From: an uncultured cyanobacterium
GTDB lineage: Bacteria > Cyanobacteriota > Cyanobacteriia > Pseudanabaenales > Pseudanabaenaceae
NCBI GenBank assembly: GCA_963703315.1
Contig: OY969811.1
Coordinates: 3,712,001 to 3,776,000 of the forward strand
Direction of reading: 5' to 3'
DNA length: 64,000 nucleotides
Position 1 is the first letter of the stretch. The number at the start of each line of letters is the position of its first letter. The position numbers and the translations under genes are program-made. The notes below the pieces were generated by a model, which was not told where the DNA came from, ran no database searches, and worked only from the letters and a program-made list of their open reading frames with translations. This document shows, piece after piece, positions 61,840 through 64,000 of the stretch.

Positions 61840-63228
61840 ATGACTAGAACTGAACGCGACTCAATGGGGGAAATGTCCCTGCCTGATGATGTTTATTATG
61901 GTATTCAAACCGTTAGGGCGATCGCTAACTTTCAAATTAGTGGACTGAAGCCCCTGCCAACCTTTGTGGATGCTTGTTTGCTGATTAAGAAAGCAACTGC
62001 CTTAGTTAATGCTGAGCTTGGTTGTATTCCTGTCGGTATGGGTATGGCGATCGCGGCGGCGGCGGATGAAATACTAGATGGACAGTTGCGCGATCAGTTT
62101 GTGGTGGATGTGTATCAGGCAGGTGCTGGCACATCCCACCACATGAATATCAATGAAGTTTTAGCCAATCGCGCCCTTGAGATTTTTGGCGATGTGAAGG
62201 GCAATTACGCAAATATTAGCCCTAATGATCATGTGAATTATGGACAATCAACCAATGATGTAATTCCGACAGCGATTCGGATTGGGGCTTTATTAGCCTT
62301 GGATCAGGTGCTGTTCCCTGCGTTAGCAAATCTGGATGAACAGCTACGGATTAAGGCGATCGCCTTTGAAAATATTGTTAAGTCTGGACGTACCCATTTA
62401 CAGGATGCTGTCCCCGTCAGACTCGGTGATGAATTTCAGGCCTATGCTCAAATTATTAGTGATCACGGGAAGCGCATTCACCAAGCTGCTAATGACCTGA
62501 AAACTTTAGGTTTAGGTGGTAGTGCTTCAGGCACTGGTTTAAATACGCATCCCCAATATTGCGATCGCGTGGCTGAGAAACTAAGCGAAATTACAGGATT
62601 TGAACTCAAGCCAGCCCCAAACCTGATGGCAGCAATGCAGAGTATGGCTCCCTTTGTGAATGTATCTGGCGCAATTCGGAATCTGGCTCAAGATACGAGC
62701 AAAATTGCTAACGACTTACGTTTGATGGATTCAGGTCCCAAAACAGGTTTACGGGAAATCCAATTACCACCAGTTCAACCGGGGTCTTCAATTATGCCAG
62801 GGAAATATAACCCTGTGATTGCGGAAATGACGAATATGGTTTGTTATCAGGTGATTGGCTATGATACGGCGATCACCTTTGCGGCACAGGCTGGTCAATT
62901 AGAATTGAATGTGATGATGCCTTTGATTGCTTACGACTTGATTCATAGCATTGAGATTTTGGGCAAGGCGATCGATACTCTGGCAACTAAGTGCATCAGA
63001 GGCATCACCGCAATAGAGGATCGATGTTTAGCCTATGCTGAAGGTAGTCTTTCCCTAGTCACAGCCCTGAATACTCACATTGGTTATCTCAATGCGGCGG
63101 ATGTTGCTAAGGAATCTCTCGCTTCTGGTAAATCTTTGCGTCAAGTAGTTTTAGATAAAGGACTCCTCACCGAAGAGAAGTTAGCGGAAGTTCTCAATCT
63201 TGAACAGATGAGCCGTCCTAATGGTTAA
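61840..63228 (+). CDS. Aspartate ammonia-lyase / class II fumarase superfamily enzyme
   Basis: RTERDSMG, QAGAGTS, KSGRTHLQDA, GSSIMPGKYNP, GQLELNVM; aspA versus fumC not resolved. Confidence 0.93.
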   Translation: MTRTERDSMGEMSLPDDVYYGIQTVRAIANFQISGLKPLPTFVDACLLIKKATALVNAELGCIPVGMGMAIAAAADEILDGQLRDQFVVDVYQAGAGTSHHMNINEVLANRALEIFGDVKGNYANISPNDHVNYGQSTNDVIPTAIRIGALLALDQVLFPALANLDEQLRIKAIAFENIVKSGRTHLQDAVPVRLGDEFQAYAQIISDHGKRIHQAANDLKTLGLGGSASGTGLNTHPQYCDRVAEKLSEITGFELKPAPNLMAAMQSMAPFVNVSGAIRNLAQDTSKIANDLRLMDSGPKTGLREIQLPPVQPGSSIMPGKYNPVIAEMTNMVCYQVIGYDTAITFAAQAGQLELNVMMPLIAYDLIHSIEILGKAIDTLATKCIRGITAIEDRCLAYAEGSLSLVTALNTHIGYLNAADVAKESLASGKSLRQVVLDKGLLTEEKLAEVLNLEQMSRPNG

Positions 63229-63310
63229 TCACAATGTACAAAATGGCGTAGCCATTTTGTACATTAGTAACAATTGCCAAAACTTGACCTGAAATTGTGA
63301 CTATAGATCC

Positions 63311-63691
63311 ATGATTACTTCTATCTATGCAGCACTGTCATCGCTCTTGATTGTATGGCTGTCGTTCAATGTCGTTAAATTGCGTCAATCTGGGCGCGTC
63401 ATCTTGGGTGATGGTGGCAATCCTGATCTACAGGTAGCGATCCGCGCCCAAGGTAATGCCACAGAGTATATTCCCATTTCGTTGATTTTACTCTTGTTAT
63501 TAGAACTGAGTAAGGGCAACGCACTGATGTTACATATTGGTGGAATCGCTTTACTGATCGGGCGATCGCTTCACGCCTACGGACTAACAACAAGCAATTT
63601 AAAGCTTCGTGTATCAGGAATGGCTTTCACGTTTGGCAATATCATCTATTTGGCGATCGCCAATCTTGTGTATCTCTACTTTAGGACATAG
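63311..63691 (+). CDS. MAPEG-family membrane protein (YecN-like)
   Basis: LGDGG, AIRAQGNATEYIP, GR.LHAYG, RVSGM. Confidence 0.88.
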   Translation: MITSIYAALSSLLIVWLSFNVVKLRQSGRVILGDGGNPDLQVAIRAQGNATEYIPISLILLLLLELSKGNALMLHIGGIALLIGRSLHAYGLTTSNLKLRVSGMAFTFGNIIYLAIANLVYLYFRT

Positions 63692-63748
63692 AATGAGCGC
63701 CGCCCATTCTATGTCTAACTTAATTAAATCAGAAAGGAAAAACAAAAA

Positions 63749-64000
63749 ATGTTAGCAGTAGCAGTATTAGCGGCGGGGAAAGGAACTCGCATGAAATCAA
63801 GTTTACCAAAAGTATTACAACCTTTAGGTGGTAAATCCTTAGTCGAGCGTGTTCTCAAGGCAACCGATCCCCTGAAAGCCGATCGCTGTATTACCATCAT
63901 TGGTTATGAACGTGAACAAGTGCGGACGGCTTTAGCCAATTATCCAAACATAGAATTTGTAGAACAAATTGAACAACTAGGTACAGGACACGCCATTCAG
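63749..64000 (+). CDS. glmU: GlmU, 5' part (runs off the window)
   Basis: Hand translation [36 protein letters not shown]...[13 protein letters not shown]. Confidence 0.93.
   Translation, partial: MLAVAVLAAGKGTRMKSSLPKVLQPLGGKSLVERVLKATDPLKADRCITIIGYEREQVRTALANYPNIEFVEQIEQLGTGHAIQ

Noticed and set aside
1..64000. High GCGATCGC frequency as a novel repeat
   Set aside because: This is the well-known cyanobacterial HIP1

Overview
Chromosomal window from an AT-rich cyanobacterium with abundant HIP1 octamers (GCGATCGC). The gene and repeat style recalls Pseudanabaena, but that is an inference. Core genes include psbC, ycf65, ycf54, grpE-dnaK, accD, nagA, ycf23, aas, hfq, ppc, pgsA, frmA, rpsD, an aspartase/fumarase and the 5' part of glmU. 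Accessory blocks: a PP2C + membrane kinase pair (3.3-6.1 kb); a toxin-antitoxin island with a 43-bp direct repeat and a nonsense-inactivated toxin (11.9-16.8 kb); a CHAT protease / membrane TPR gene pair flanked by TA modules (33.5-37.2 kb); a 2839-aa multi-phosphatase RTX protein with Pho-box-like repeats upstream; and a stand-alone OLD-like ATPase-TOPRIM nuclease. The best candidate for a new system is the CHAT/TPR pair: the protease C-terminus and the receptor N-terminus carry the same ~45-aa helical domain, as in death-domain-style receptor-caspase coupling. Intergenic DNA is dense in ~100-bp TA-ended MITE-like elements and long hairpins, many capped by C-GNA-G mini-hairpin loops. No rRNA, tRNA, CRISPR array or transposase was recognised. 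All family assignments come from motif recognition by eye, not from database searches.
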